Assembly (NCBI GenBank): GCA_964626705.1
Contig: CAZVGL010000003.1
Location: 6,543 to 70,542, forward strand
Direction: 5' to 3'
DNA: 64,000 nt
DNA from: an uncultured Candidatus Saccharibacteria bacterium
Lineage (GTDB): Bacteria > Patescibacteriota > Minisyncoccia > Phycocordibacterales > UBA2163
Positions 39,788 through 49,422 of the stretch are shown one piece after another. A program made the position numbers and the translations under genes. Each line of letters starts with the position of its first letter. The stretch's first letter is position 1. The notes under the pieces were generated by a model, which saw only the letters and a program-made list of their open reading frames with translations, searched no databases and had not been told where the DNA came from.

Positions 39788-40900
39788 TTATTTTAATATA
39801 TTTATTGTGCGCAGTGCAATCTCTTCAAGCTCATCCACCTTGATAACTTTTATTTTTACTTTTGAATCTGCACTCTCTATATATCCTTCTTTATCCAAAG
39901 TTTCATTGTTTTTATTTTTATCCACTTCAATTCCTATATGCGCAAGTTCAGTTAAGACCATCTCACGCATTGAGGATGATCTCTCGCTTATAGTGCCTGA
40001 AAAAACTAACAGGTCTAGACCACCAAGCGCTGCAGTGTATGATCCTATATATTTTTTTACATTGTATGCAAATATTTCTAATGCCAATTTTGCATTTTCA
40101 TCTCCATTATCTTTTAAATCAAACAGTTCTTTTACGTGTCCTGTCTTACCACTTATACCAAGTAGTCCACATTGAGTATTTAAATATTCATTAAGTTGCT
40201 CTAAGTTCATTTTCTTTTCATTCGCAAGCTGTATTAAAGCACCAGCACCAATATTACCTACACGTGTTGACATAGGAAGTCCTTCAAGTGGCGTAGTACC
40301 CATAGATGTATCAAAACTTTTCCCGTCTTTTATGGCTGTGACACTAGCACCCCCTCCTAAATGAGCGATTATTATTCTAGCTGGCACACTACCTTCGTCT
40401 TTTTGTATCTTTTGTAAAATAGATTGTATAGAGATACCATGATATCCAAATCTATATATATCTCCAGACGAAGCATCTTCTTGTGGAATATTATAAAGAT
40501 ATGAATGCTTTGGAAGATCTAAATGAAATGCACTATCTGACACCCCTACCATAGGAACTCCTGACAAAGATTCTCTAAGCTCTTTTATTTCCTCTATAAG
40601 TGAGTGTATATGTAGTGGTGCTTTTTCTTCTGTTATTTCTAAGTTTTTTAGATATTCTTCATCTATCAACTTATCTTCTCTAAAGTAGCTACCAGATGCT
40701 ACTACCCTTAAACCAATACCTTCTATTTCATCTTTATTTATAGATTCAAGAAAACCCTCGAGTGCATTATTAAAATCAACTTCATTCATTTCATCCTTTT
40801 CAAAATGAATAGAAAGCTCTTCTTTATCTTTCGAATATAGAGCATATCGTTTCGAAGCACTCCCTATGTTTACAATTAAATATTTCTTTTCCATGTCCAA
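39788..40900 (-). CDS. ackA: Acetate kinase
   Basis: NIGSASKR, APLH, RFGYHGIS, HLGGGAS, DTSMGTTPLEG. Confidence 0.93.
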   Translation of the reverse strand: MDMEKKYLIVNIGSASKRYALYSKDKEELSIHFEKDEMNEVDFNNALEGFLESINKDEIEGIGLRVVASGSYFREDKLIDEEYLKNLEITEEKAPLHIHSLIEEIKELRESLSGVPMVGVSDSAFHLDLPKHSYLYNIPQEDASSGDIYRFGYHGISIQSILQKIQKDEGSVPARIIIAHLGGGASVTAIKDGKSFDTSMGTTPLEGLPMSTRVGNIGAGALIQLANEKKMNLEQLNEYLNTQCGLLGISGKTGHVKELFDLKDNGDENAKLALEIFAYNVKKYIGSYTAALGGLDLLVFSGTISERSSSMREMVLTELAHIGIEVDKNKNNETLDKEGYIESADSKVKIKVIKVDELEEIALRTINILK

Positions 40901-43242
40901 TTTGTTATTTCAGGAGTATCAACTCCATTCTCTTTAATATACACTATATGCTCATTTATTTTAGCTTCATACTTACTTACTAGAACTTTCTTTTTATCTT
41001 CACTTATAACACCTTGTTCTGTAGCTCTATTAAATACATCCATAGCCAAATGGTAGCGACTTGTAGTATTTCTAATCTGCATATCAAAAGGTGTCGTAGT
41101 AGAACCATTCTCTATATAACCATGCACATAGAATCTTCTTCTATGTTTTCCATAGTTAAACAAAGTCTGCTTTAATGTCTCTGGGTATCCATGAAAGTTA
41201 AATATTACAGGTTTATCTTCTGTAAAATACTTATCAAAATCATTAAATGGTACTTTACAATCTACATCTCCAAGACCTATAGCAGAAAGTGAGAGTATAT
41301 TTACAAAACGCATTTTTATCTCCGGCGCTTCTTCTTTAACTATATCAATAGCTGCCAATGCTTCAAGTGTCATATAATCCCCAGCAGATGCTATAACAAT
41401 ATCAGGATCATTATCGCTAGCAAAATCCCAAGTCATAAGTCCTTGTGCAAGACTTATTCTAGCTTGCTTCTCTGTAAGCCAATTAAATTTTGCTTTTTTA
41501 CCCGTAACTATGATATTCATCTCCTTCTTAGACCTAAGGCATTTCTCTATTACCAAAAGTGCACTGTTTGCATCTGGTGGGAAATAAACATTTACAAAAC
41601 ATCCTTGCTTCTGAAGCATGTTGTCGATAAACCCTGGGTTCTGATGAGAAAAACCATTATGCTCTTGCCTCCAACCAGAAGATGTGAGTATGTAGTTAAG
41701 TGAGGCTATATCACCACGCCAACTTGTCTCGCGAGCAATCTTTAAAAACTTTGCATACTGATCTGCCATACTTGATATGATCTGCACAAATGCTTCATAA
41801 GATGCGAACACTGAATGTCTTCCCGTAAGTACATAACCTTGCATAAGACCTTGGAGTGAGTGCTCACTTAACATCTCCATCACCCTACCATCTGCAGAAA
41901 TATCTTTATCCCACTTTTCAATTGGCCATACAAAAGCTCTATTAGTCTCTTCAAATACATCATAGAGCTTATTTGAGTAAGTCTCATCTGGGGACATAAG
42001 TCTAAAGTTTTTATTATCTTTATTAAGTACAAAAACTTCTTTCATATACATGCCGATTTTTTTCATACTACTAGGACATTCTTCTCCACAAGCGACCGCG
42101 TTATCGGCAAAATCTGACACATCTGGAAGCGCCAGCGGAGTATATGCATCATCCCCACCGAACGTATGTTTATTTAAGCCCATCTTCAAACCATCTCTTG
42201 GCACCATATTTAAGACATCTTCATCAAATCCTTTTTCTTTATTAAAAAGCTCGTCAAATTCATATGACTTAAGCCATTCATTAAGAGCATCTAGATCATC
42301 TATTTCGTCTTTAGCATGCGGTGCAGGAACTTGGTGTGAAAGTGCATTACCTTCTATCTTTTCTCCATGTAGTTCTTTTATGCCAGTCCAACCTTTTGGA
42401 GTCCTAAGTATTATCATTGGGAATTGTGGTTTTTCTACCTTTTCTCCATCACGCGCTCTTTCTTGAATATCTTGAATCTTTGCATAACACCATTCAAGTT
42501 TTTCTGCCATCTCTTCATATGGATCATCTATACCATCTGTTACATCTACAATAAACACCTCGTATCCATAGCCAGTAAAAAGTGACCTGAGCTCACTATC
42601 AGACATCCTTCCGAAGATAGTTGGTCCTGATATTTTGTAACCGTTTAAATGTAGTATCGGAAGTACTGCACCATTTGTTGCTGGGTCTATAAATTTATTC
42701 AAATGCCATGCTGCTGCAGTTGGGCCAGTCTCTGCTTCGCCATCTCCGACCAGACATGCCACTATAAGATCTGGATTATCTAGCACTGCTCCATAAGAGG
42801 TCGCAAGAGCATATCCAAGCTCTCCACCCTCAAGTATCACCCCTGGGGCTTCTGGATTACTGTGACTTGGAAATCCATAAGGCCAACTAAAGTTTTTACA
42901 AATATATCCAATACCATCTTCAGTATGTGTTGCATCTGAATAGTATTTTTCTAAAGCACCTTCTAAAAATAAATTAGCCTGAAGTGCAGGAAAGCCATGC
43001 CCAGGACCAAGTACGAACATCATGTCTGTACTGTGTTTGTTGATCAGGTGGTTCAAGTGAGCGTATACGAAGTTTATACCAGGACAAGTACCCCAATGCC
43101 CCATGAGCCGTGGTTTTATATCTTCAGGTTTTAATTTCTCTTCACCTATATAATTACCTTGCAAATAAATCTGTGCGGCAGACAGATAATTTGTCGCTCG
43201 TACATACTTTTTTATATCTTCTATTTCCCCTATTGGTTTCAT
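40876..43242 (-). CDS. xfp: Phosphoketolase (XFP family)
   Basis: GHWGTCPG, GPGHG, EGGELGY, GDGEAETG, QEHNGFSHQNPG; start moved to MKPIG. Confidence 0.95.
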   Translation of the reverse strand: MKPIGEIEDIKKYVRATNYLSAAQIYLQGNYIGEEKLKPEDIKPRLMGHWGTCPGINFVYAHLNHLINKHSTDMMFVLGPGHGFPALQANLFLEGALEKYYSDATHTEDGIGYICKNFSWPYGFPSHSNPEAPGVILEGGELGYALATSYGAVLDNPDLIVACLVGDGEAETGPTAAAWHLNKFIDPATNGAVLPILHLNGYKISGPTIFGRMSDSELRSLFTGYGYEVFIVDVTDGIDDPYEEMAEKLEWCYAKIQDIQERARDGEKVEKPQFPMIILRTPKGWTGIKELHGEKIEGNALSHQVPAPHAKDEIDDLDALNEWLKSYEFDELFNKEKGFDEDVLNMVPRDGLKMGLNKHTFGGDDAYTPLALPDVSDFADNAVACGEECPSSMKKIGMYMKEVFVLNKDNKNFRLMSPDETYSNKLYDVFEETNRAFVWPIEKWDKDISADGRVMEMLSEHSLQGLMQGYVLTGRHSVFASYEAFVQIISSMADQYAKFLKIARETSWRGDIASLNYILTSSGWRQEHNGFSHQNPGFIDNMLQKQGCFVNVYFPPDANSALLVIEKCLRSKKEMNIIVTGKKAKFNWLTEKQARISLAQGLMTWDFASDNDPDIVIASAGDYMTLEALAAIDIVKEEAPEIKMRFVNILSLSAIGLGDVDCKVPFNDFDKYFTEDKPVIFNFHGYPETLKQTLFNYGKHRRRFYVHGYIENGSTTTPFDMQIRNTTSRYHLAMDVFNRATEQGVISEDKKKVLVSKYEAKINEHIVYIKENGVDTPEITNWTWKRNI

Positions 43243-43299
43243 TAAGAATATTGTAACATCTTTTATAAGAAATCCTTCGCAATATGTACCACAAAAACC

Positions 43300-43329
43300 A
43301 AACGACTCGATCATATGATCGAGTCGTTT
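43300..43329. terminator. 30-bp perfect palindrome/terminator
   Basis: aaacgactcgatcat|atgatcgagtcgttt. Confidence 0.7.
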
Positions 43330-43352
43330 AATTCTATACTCTTATATACTAA

Positions 43353-43829
43353 CTATCTTCCTTTCCTAAATCCTTTATGTTTACCGTGATGACGTTTTTC
43401 AAAGCCTAGATCTTTCATTATCTCCCTTGCTCCTTCCATATCTCCTGCTTCTCGAAGACCATGAGCCTCTACAAGCTTCGCAAACACTTCTTGTGTTATG
43501 TCGTTTCCAAAGTGCGGCTTATTAGCTATGTTTTGAAAAGCTACATAATCATTGTTTGATATTGCTTCTTTTATAGCCTCTCTTGTAGCAAAATGATCTG
43601 CTTTTATCTCATCTCGTATTCCGCTCATGAGCTCTCTAGCTTCTTCATACTTACCGTCTTCCTTAAGATCACGTGCTTGCTGTATCGTCTGTTTCTGCGC
43701 GTCAGTCAAATTATCAAACTTAGCTGGATTAAATGCCATTGCATTTGTTGCTCCAACTCCCGCGATGATCAATGCCATTGTAAGTATAGAGCTTTTTGTT
43801 AAGAAATTTTTTGTTCTAGTATTTTTCAT
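43353..43829 (-). CDS. Secreted helical protein (Spy/CpxP-like) next to ECF sigma operon
   Basis: Signal peptide; LTDAQK; repeated EEARELM/EGAREIM helices. Confidence 0.6.
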   Translation of the reverse strand: MKNTRTKNFLTKSSILTMALIIAGVGATNAMAFNPAKFDNLTDAQKQTIQQARDLKEDGKYEEARELMSGIRDEIKADHFATREAIKEAISNNDYVAFQNIANKPHFGNDITQEVFAKLVEAHGLREAGDMEGAREIMKDLGFEKRHHGKHKGFRKGR

Positions 43830-43870
43830 AATATTTATTTAATTATTTTAGTAACACTTATATGCCTACG

Positions 43871-44731
43871 TTATCGTGAAGTACTGAAAGCGCTTCGTTC
43901 ACATAAGCTATTACGCAAATCAAAAATATTTCTTTCATCTAAATTTTGTTCTCTCAACTTATTTCTTACATTGTCAAATCTTTCTTTTTTTATTCCCCTC
44001 ATCATGGCACTTTCTTGCACTCTTTTACTTTCCCCCTTAACGGTCCACGGCAATACAGCGCACGCCTCAAACACGCCTTCTTCTATCTTAATACCTATCA
44101 CTCTTACATTATCAATATTATTAAATATTACTTTATGTATCTGCGGCAACTTATCTCCTAAAACAGTCCACTCGTTACCGCCCACATCCTTCAATACAAA
44201 ACTATCATCTTCTACAGACACGATGATCCCTGCCAGCAACCCTCTTTCTGAATGGTTCCACATTTGAAGTCTTTTCGCTCCAAGATCTTGATACGCATTA
44301 AACTTCTGCCCTAGGATATTGTCGACACGATGCCCTATGCCAAATGCATATAACGAAGAACCTAGAACAAGGCTCGCGAAGACACTTATCCCTATCACTG
44401 TAAGCAAGCCATAGCGATACCCTTTCTTTGTATGCTTAAAATTATAGTCAGCAGTAAATATAAACAAACTTAGTAATGCGATCCACAGATACGGAACCAT
44501 CACTATCATATGCCTACCCAAACCTCCGCTCACATATGTACGCGCATTCCAATCACTGTTTACCAAGGTAAATATAATTATTGATATTGCGACACCTCCT
44601 ATTACTATAGATACAGCAAAAACAGTCCAGACGAAATAACCCTTAAGCTTAAAGTGCCACTTTGGTTTAGGAGAAATATGCTTCTCTTTAATTTTCTCAA
44701 ATATTTCTTTTGTAAGTTTTTGATTATTCAT
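43871..44731 (-). CDS. Putative anti-sigma membrane protein
   Basis: Overlaps the sigma stop (start MNNQK); 3 TMs plus extracytoplasmic beta domain. Confidence 0.6.
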   Translation of the reverse strand: MNNQKLTKEIFEKIKEKHISPKPKWHFKLKGYFVWTVFAVSIVIGGVAISIIIFTLVNSDWNARTYVSGGLGRHMIVMVPYLWIALLSLFIFTADYNFKHTKKGYRYGLLTVIGISVFASLVLGSSLYAFGIGHRVDNILGQKFNAYQDLGAKRLQMWNHSERGLLAGIIVSVEDDSFVLKDVGGNEWTVLGDKLPQIHKVIFNNIDNVRVIGIKIEEGVFEACAVLPWTVKGESKRVQESAMMRGIKKERFDNVRNKLREQNLDERNIFDLRNSLCERSAFSTSR

Positions 44732-45332
44732 AATATAAATCAATATTTTGTTTACTAAGTTCTGCTCTAAATTTTTTCTTCGCCCTACTGAGCAGAACAG
44801 CAACTGTCCCCATCGGTTTTTTTAATATATCAGATATCTCTCTATAATCTTTCTCTTCTAAAAACCGTAGCACTAGGACTTCTTTATACTTGGAGTCCAT
44901 CGTATCTAAAGTACTATCGATATGTTTGCGTAAATATTTGATATCACCCTCTTTTTTAATATCAAAATCATCGGCAATATTTTTAAGTACATCATCTTCT
45001 ATCTGAACAAGGTTCCCATGTGGACGAACTTTGTTTTTTCTATGTGTACTTATGACTTTATTATGAGCTATCCTATATATCCATGACGAAAACTTAAGAT
45101 TCATATCGAAACCATTCAGATTATAATATGCACTTATAAAAGTATCTTGCAGGATGTCATGAAGCTCTTCTTGGTTTATGTTTGTAATACGACTTATATA
45201 GCGTAACAACTTCTTTTCATACCTATTTATGATATACCCAAAATACTCCTCATTTTCCAAGGATAACTTCACCAGATCTTCATCTGTCTTGTTTTCAATT
45301 TCTTTCAAATTAAACATATTACCCTTACCCAT
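44724..45332 (-). CDS. ECF RNA polymerase sigma factor
   Basis: DILQDTF, FSSWIYRIAHN (region 2); YREISDIL-PMGTV-LSRAK (region 4). Confidence 0.93.
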   Translation of the reverse strand: MGKGNMFNLKEIENKTDEDLVKLSLENEEYFGYIINRYEKKLLRYISRITNINQEELHDILQDTFISAYYNLNGFDMNLKFSSWIYRIAHNKVISTHRKNKVRPHGNLVQIEDDVLKNIADDFDIKKEGDIKYLRKHIDSTLDTMDSKYKEVLVLRFLEEKDYREISDILKKPMGTVAVLLSRAKKKFRAELSKQNIDLYYE

Positions 45333-45417
45333 GTATAGCTCTTTCTTATACGCATTTGTTCCACACTTTCTTTCATTATACCAAACCGGAACTTTTATAA
45401 GTAATACACATCTTGAC

Positions 45418-45445
45418 TTGACAAATATGTATGGTTTGGTATAAT
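45418..45445 (+). promoter_or_regulatory. Sigma70 promoter for the orphan ORF
   Basis: TTGACA-16-TATAAT with extended TG. Confidence 0.7.
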
Positions 45446-45539
45446 AATACACAGATAAACAAGCTCGTAAGGGTTTGTTGCAGATGTGATATGGATATCG
45501 TATCTGTTTTGTATATTTTTTCTAAAGGGGAAAATAATT

Positions 45540-45947
45540 ATGAATAAGAATGAAGTTTGTAATGAAAATAGTACGCCCTACAATTGCCATTTTGCCGTAA
45601 AAGATCAGCAATTAGAATTTGCTCCAAATATAATCGAGATAAAAGAAGATGATTGTATTTGTAAAGCATTAGCAGCTGTAATGAGCACATTGAGTGATTC
45701 CAAAGTTAAAGAAGTTTATATAACTTTCGAAAAACCTGAAAAAGACATGGACGTAGTTTTTATAGATATATGGAAACAAAGTCCTGATAGTTGTATCAAA
45801 AGCTCTTTTCACAGAAAAGCAAACTCCACCGACTTAGCAATAGTTATGGGGATCCTCGGATCAAGAAGTCCTCGCAAGATGATGGACAACTTTGACAATT
45901 CAAAGTACACCGCAACCTTGAGAATAGAGTTAGTGAGTATCGTTTAA
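45540..45947 (+). CDS. Orphan hypothetical protein
   Basis: AAGGGG SD, own promoter, terminator aagcgagtatc...gatacccgctt at ~45971-46014. Confidence 0.65.
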   Translation: MNKNEVCNENSTPYNCHFAVKDQQLEFAPNIIEIKEDDCICKALAAVMSTLSDSKVKEVYITFEKPEKDMDVVFIDIWKQSPDSCIKSSFHRKANSTDLAIVMGILGSRSPRKMMDNFDNSKYTATLRIELVSIV

Positions 45948-46045
45948 CTCTACATCATTAAACCAAACAAAAGCGAGTATCTTAAAAGACAACCTGTCTA
46001 AAAGATACCCGCTTTATTTGCACCTAATTTTTATATACAGAAAAC

Positions 46046-46114
46046 CTAGATTGGCTGAACTTTACCTTTCTTAGGTTTTTTCTTTTCCTTTTTTTGATCT
46101 CTTCCTTTTGCCAT
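46046..46114 (-). CDS. 22-aa highly basic small protein
   Basis: MAKGRDQKKEKKKPKKGKVQPI with AT-rich leader. Confidence 0.5.
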   Translation of the reverse strand: MAKGRDQKKEKKKPKKGKVQPI

Positions 46115-46140
46115 AATATTTTTATTAATTAATTTTTAAA

Positions 46141-46605
46141 CTATTCACCTTCTGCAACCCTTTCATAATTAAGTGTATTCCCTCTTGGGAGAGAACCAAG
46201 TGAAAGTGTTGTGTCGTCTACATTAAGTACAGTATAAGTAAACACTTCTTCATTGTCACTAACTATAATGAATGTTCCGTCTATATTTTCACCATTGTTT
46301 AATTCAATACTGTTTACTATCTCCCATGTACCACCTCGCATCTCCTCTCCATCGTAAACGTCTTTCGTTGTACTGTCACTACTAAAAACTTTTACACTTT
46401 TTTCATCATCTACACTCTTCCAGCTTCCTGTCATATTGCCCAATACATCATTTATATCAAAAACCTCGATCTCAGGTAATGCTTCATCTTGAGCAATACT
46501 TTCTTCTGATCCTGGAACAGGACCATTAATAAGATCTGACTTAAAAGCGAAGAACCCAAGAGCGATTATGATTATTAGTATTAGTATATAGTGACTTGTA
46601 TTCAT
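46141..46605 (-). CDS. Membrane-anchored lipocalin-like beta-barrel protein
   Basis: N-terminal TM; MTGSWKS...GTWEI...TLNYER. Confidence 0.6.
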   Translation of the reverse strand: MNTSHYILILIIIIALGFFAFKSDLINGPVPGSEESIAQDEALPEIEVFDINDVLGNMTGSWKSVDDEKSVKVFSSDSTTKDVYDGEEMRGGTWEIVNSIELNNGENIDGTFIIVSDNEEVFTYTVLNVDDTTLSLGSLPRGNTLNYERVAEGE

Positions 46606-46673
46606 ATTTATTTTTTTATTAATATATAAATATTATATCGTTGTGGATTTTAAAAATCAATATAAGCATCTGC

Positions 46674-46880
46674 TTATTTGCAATTTATCGAGCAGGTTCT
46701 CCTCATTTCTTTTAGCTTAGCTTTTTGTAGATGTGAATCCTTCTTATCTACGACCTTATAGTCTACATCTCTTATGTCCTTATTTCCTTCTGTAAACCCA
46801 TCCCCCATCTCAAAATCAATACTTGTTACATAGTACAAACCAAGTCCTACAAAAAATACAATTATTATTAAAATAAACAT
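46674..46880 (-). CDS. Small membrane hypothetical protein
   Basis: N-terminal TM; TGCTATAAT 6 nt before the ATG. Confidence 0.65.
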   Translation of the reverse strand: MFILIIIVFFVGLGLYYVTSIDFEMGDGFTEGNKDIRDVDYKVVDKKDSHLQKAKLKEMRRTCSINCK

Positions 46881-46906
46881 ATCAGTATTATAGCAAATTT
46901 AAGTTT

Positions 46907-47551
46907 TTACAAACTAATACGAGATCTTATAAAAGCATCGGCATCTTCTGAGCACTCTTGCACCTTATCCTTTGATACATATAAATACCTGCGATCTTCT
47001 GATGTCTTTCTGCCTTTTATACATTCTAGATGTAGGTGTATCCCATGTGACAAACCAGTCTGCCCAGTAATACCGCATACATTACCTACACTATACTGAC
47101 CTTTACCTGGAGCTTGGTCTCGCAGATGAAAATATACAAAAGTACGATCTACCTCCGGCACATAATAGAAAAAATAATTACCAAAATACTGGTTTAAGCC
47201 TGTCTCTATAACCTCCCCATCTGCACAAAAATATAACGGCACCATATCTTCTCCTTGAGTACCGTAGTCAACACCAGGGTGATGCCCCGTCTTCTTATAT
47301 GTGTCTGGATCGTGGTTTAGGAAAGATTGTGTGATGCTAAACTTATCAGACCTAATAGGAACATGCCATTTGGGTAATACTACTACAGGTGTATCTTCTA
47401 CTTCTTCTACTACTACAGGTTCACTGCTCGTATCTGGAGTAGTATCTACTACAGTGGTAGAAACAGTAGTTTCTATCTTTGTAGTTGACTTAACAGACGT
47501 GCGACCAAATAAAGAAGCAAGTATTGCAAAAAAGGCTTTTAATATTTTCAT
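46907..47551 (-). CDS. M23 family metallopeptidase
   Basis: HPGVDY (HxxxD), YFHL, GQTGLSHGIHLH; start moved to MKILK. Confidence 0.88.
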   Translation of the reverse strand: MKILKAFFAILASLFGRTSVKSTTKIETTVSTTVVDTTPDTSSEPVVVEEVEDTPVVVLPKWHVPIRSDKFSITQSFLNHDPDTYKKTGHHPGVDYGTQGEDMVPLYFCADGEVIETGLNQYFGNYFFYYVPEVDRTFVYFHLRDQAPGKGQYSVGNVCGITGQTGLSHGIHLHLECIKGRKTSEDRRYLYVSKDKVQECSEDADAFIRSRISL

Positions 47552-47673
47552 ATGGTTATTATAGCAGATTTCAACGGCTAAGCTTCCCAAAGCTTAGCCG
47601 TTGCCTAAAATCAATATTTCTGGTATTGTGCGGTAAATCAATTGTTTTTTAATTTATATATAGGGAGATAAAA

Positions 47674-48066
47674 GTGGAAAATCAAACACTCGGCTTTTCA
47701 GAATCTATACCGAAAGAAATACTCGATGCCATATTGACGAGTTGCCATAATCCATTAAAAAGTCCGAAAGAAATTATGGAAGAAAAATGCTATTTAGTAC
47801 AAACTGATGATTCGTTATCAGTTGACAGTATGATACGCGTCCATATTTACAATGATGAAGCGGATTGTGAAGTAACTGGTAAACTTATCAACATAGAAAA
47901 TTGTAAGATCGAAGAAGATGCACACCTCCCGCAATATCAGATAAAAGGAGAAATATCAGTGAATATTTTCAATAGGTTATTGGAACATCTTGCAAAGAGA
48001 TTCAGTGATCAAAAAATCATGTTATCAAAAGGAAATCATGAATATCGCGAACCAAGGAGTAAGTAG
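47674..48066 (+). CDS. Orphan hypothetical protein (cassette 1)
   Basis: GGGAG SD, TTGCCT-17-TATTGT promoter, downstream terminator. Confidence 0.65.
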   Translation: MENQTLGFSESIPKEILDAILTSCHNPLKSPKEIMEEKCYLVQTDDSLSVDSMIRVHIYNDEADCEVTGKLINIENCKIEEDAHLPQYQIKGEISVNIFNRLLEHLAKRFSDQKIMLSKGNHEYREPRSK

Positions 48067-48147
48067 CTGTAGTCACACAAAATCATCCGATACACGAAAA
48101 AAGGCGGCCCGCATAAAAACGGATCGCCTTCTTTTTTTGCTTGCATG

Positions 48148-48360
48148 CTAATAATCAATAACCTTCCCCGTGTTTTCTGGGATCAAGAAAATCGCGATTA
48201 TGTAAAGCAAGACACCAGGTGCAAAACCTGAGACAACCGCCACCAAGGCCCATATGATACGGAGGATCGTTGGGTCGATATCAAAATACTCGCCTATACC
48301 TCCAACGATACCGAAGAATATTTTATTGTCTTTACTTTTGTATAGTTTTTTTGTTTTCAT
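48148..48360 (-). CDS. PspC domain protein
   Basis: KKLYKS-DNKIFFGIVGGIGEYFDIDPTILR...LYIIAIFLIP. Confidence 0.9.
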   Translation of the reverse strand: MKTKKLYKSKDNKIFFGIVGGIGEYFDIDPTILRIIWALVAVVSGFAPGVLLYIIAIFLIPENTGKVIDY

Positions 48361-48507
48361 GAGTTTATTATAGCAAATCACAACACAGCCGGACATAGCC
48401 GTGGATTGGTTGAACGGCTCAAGTCGTTGAGCCATTGCCTAAAATGAGCATTTCTGATATTGTGCGGGAAGTTAGTTATTTTAAAACTTAATTGGGGAGG
48501 GACATTA

Positions 48508-48696
48508 ATGGAATTAAATCCTGACGATATCGTACTGATTCGTGCTAAAGTAACCAGAATACAAGACAATGGAGCAGTAGGAGTAATGGTTGACTACTCT
48601 TGTAGGCCAAAACCACATCATGCTTTTTTTACGATCCAGGATGGAGATTTAGCAGAACTTGTTGTCCCATTAAAGCAAGACAGCATAAAATCTTAA
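48508..48696 (+). CDS. Orphan 62-aa beta-rich protein (cassette 2)
   Basis: GGGGAGG SD, TTGCCT-17-TATTGT promoter, downstream terminator. Confidence 0.6.
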   Translation: MELNPDDIVLIRAKVTRIQDNGAVGVMVDYSCRPKPHHAFFTIQDGDLAELVVPLKQDSIKS

Positions 48697-48812
48697 CTTA
48701 TTTTAATCGTTAACATAAAATAAAAGGCAATCCCCTAAAAACGGATTGCCTTGTTTCATTTAAATTTCAGTGTTTTTTAAACAACCTAGCCGGTCGGGTT
48801 GTTTAATGAGGA

Positions 48813-49415
48813 TTATTTCTCCCCCACTGTCTTTACAATGTTCTCTATATCAGGAAAGAGTTTATTAAAAATATTATCAATCTCTGTTATATCAATCTTT
48901 TCAGACAAATTTTGTTCTTTCCCTTGACCTGGTAAGATTTTTGAGAAGATTAAATCAACAATCCTTTCCTTTTCCCAATGACCCACTTTGTATTGTTGAA
49001 TAAAACCTTCGATCATCAAATGTATTATTTCATGAATTATTGTTCCAACATACCCATCACTATTTATTGAACTAACATTTACGACAATCTCGTTCGGAAG
49101 ATCATAACCACCACTAACACCATATTTTGTAATAAGTACTTCATACTCTTCAAGTGGTTTTATAGATACATCTGAGAAAATTTTATCTATATTCGGTAAT
49201 TTATTCGACAAATCATCTGAGATCTTTTTATAATCCTCTTCATTATATTCTTTAGATACCAAATCTCTGATGTATTCTTTGTCAGTACTGTCAGTATTAA
49301 TATCTAAAGGGAGTATTATTTTATAACCTTTTTCTTTATACCAGCTTATTCTTTTTAATATATTAAAAACTTGGTCAACTTCAGACTCAAGAGAGTGTTC
49401 TATTTTTATTTTCAT
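48813..49415 (-). CDS. HExxH zinc-metalloprotease-like hypothetical protein
   Basis: YGVSGGY...IIHEIIHL...HWEKERIVD. Confidence 0.65.
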   Translation of the reverse strand: MKIKIEHSLESEVDQVFNILKRISWYKEKGYKIILPLDINTDSTDKEYIRDLVSKEYNEEDYKKISDDLSNKLPNIDKIFSDVSIKPLEEYEVLITKYGVSGGYDLPNEIVVNVSSINSDGYVGTIIHEIIHLMIEGFIQQYKVGHWEKERIVDLIFSKILPGQGKEQNLSEKIDITEIDNIFNKLFPDIENIVKTVGEK

Positions 49416-49422
49416 AGGGGTA

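Noticed and set aside
48386-48400. attL/attR match to the tRNA-Gln 3' end (gccggac)
   Set aside because: Only 7 bp, which is expected by chance
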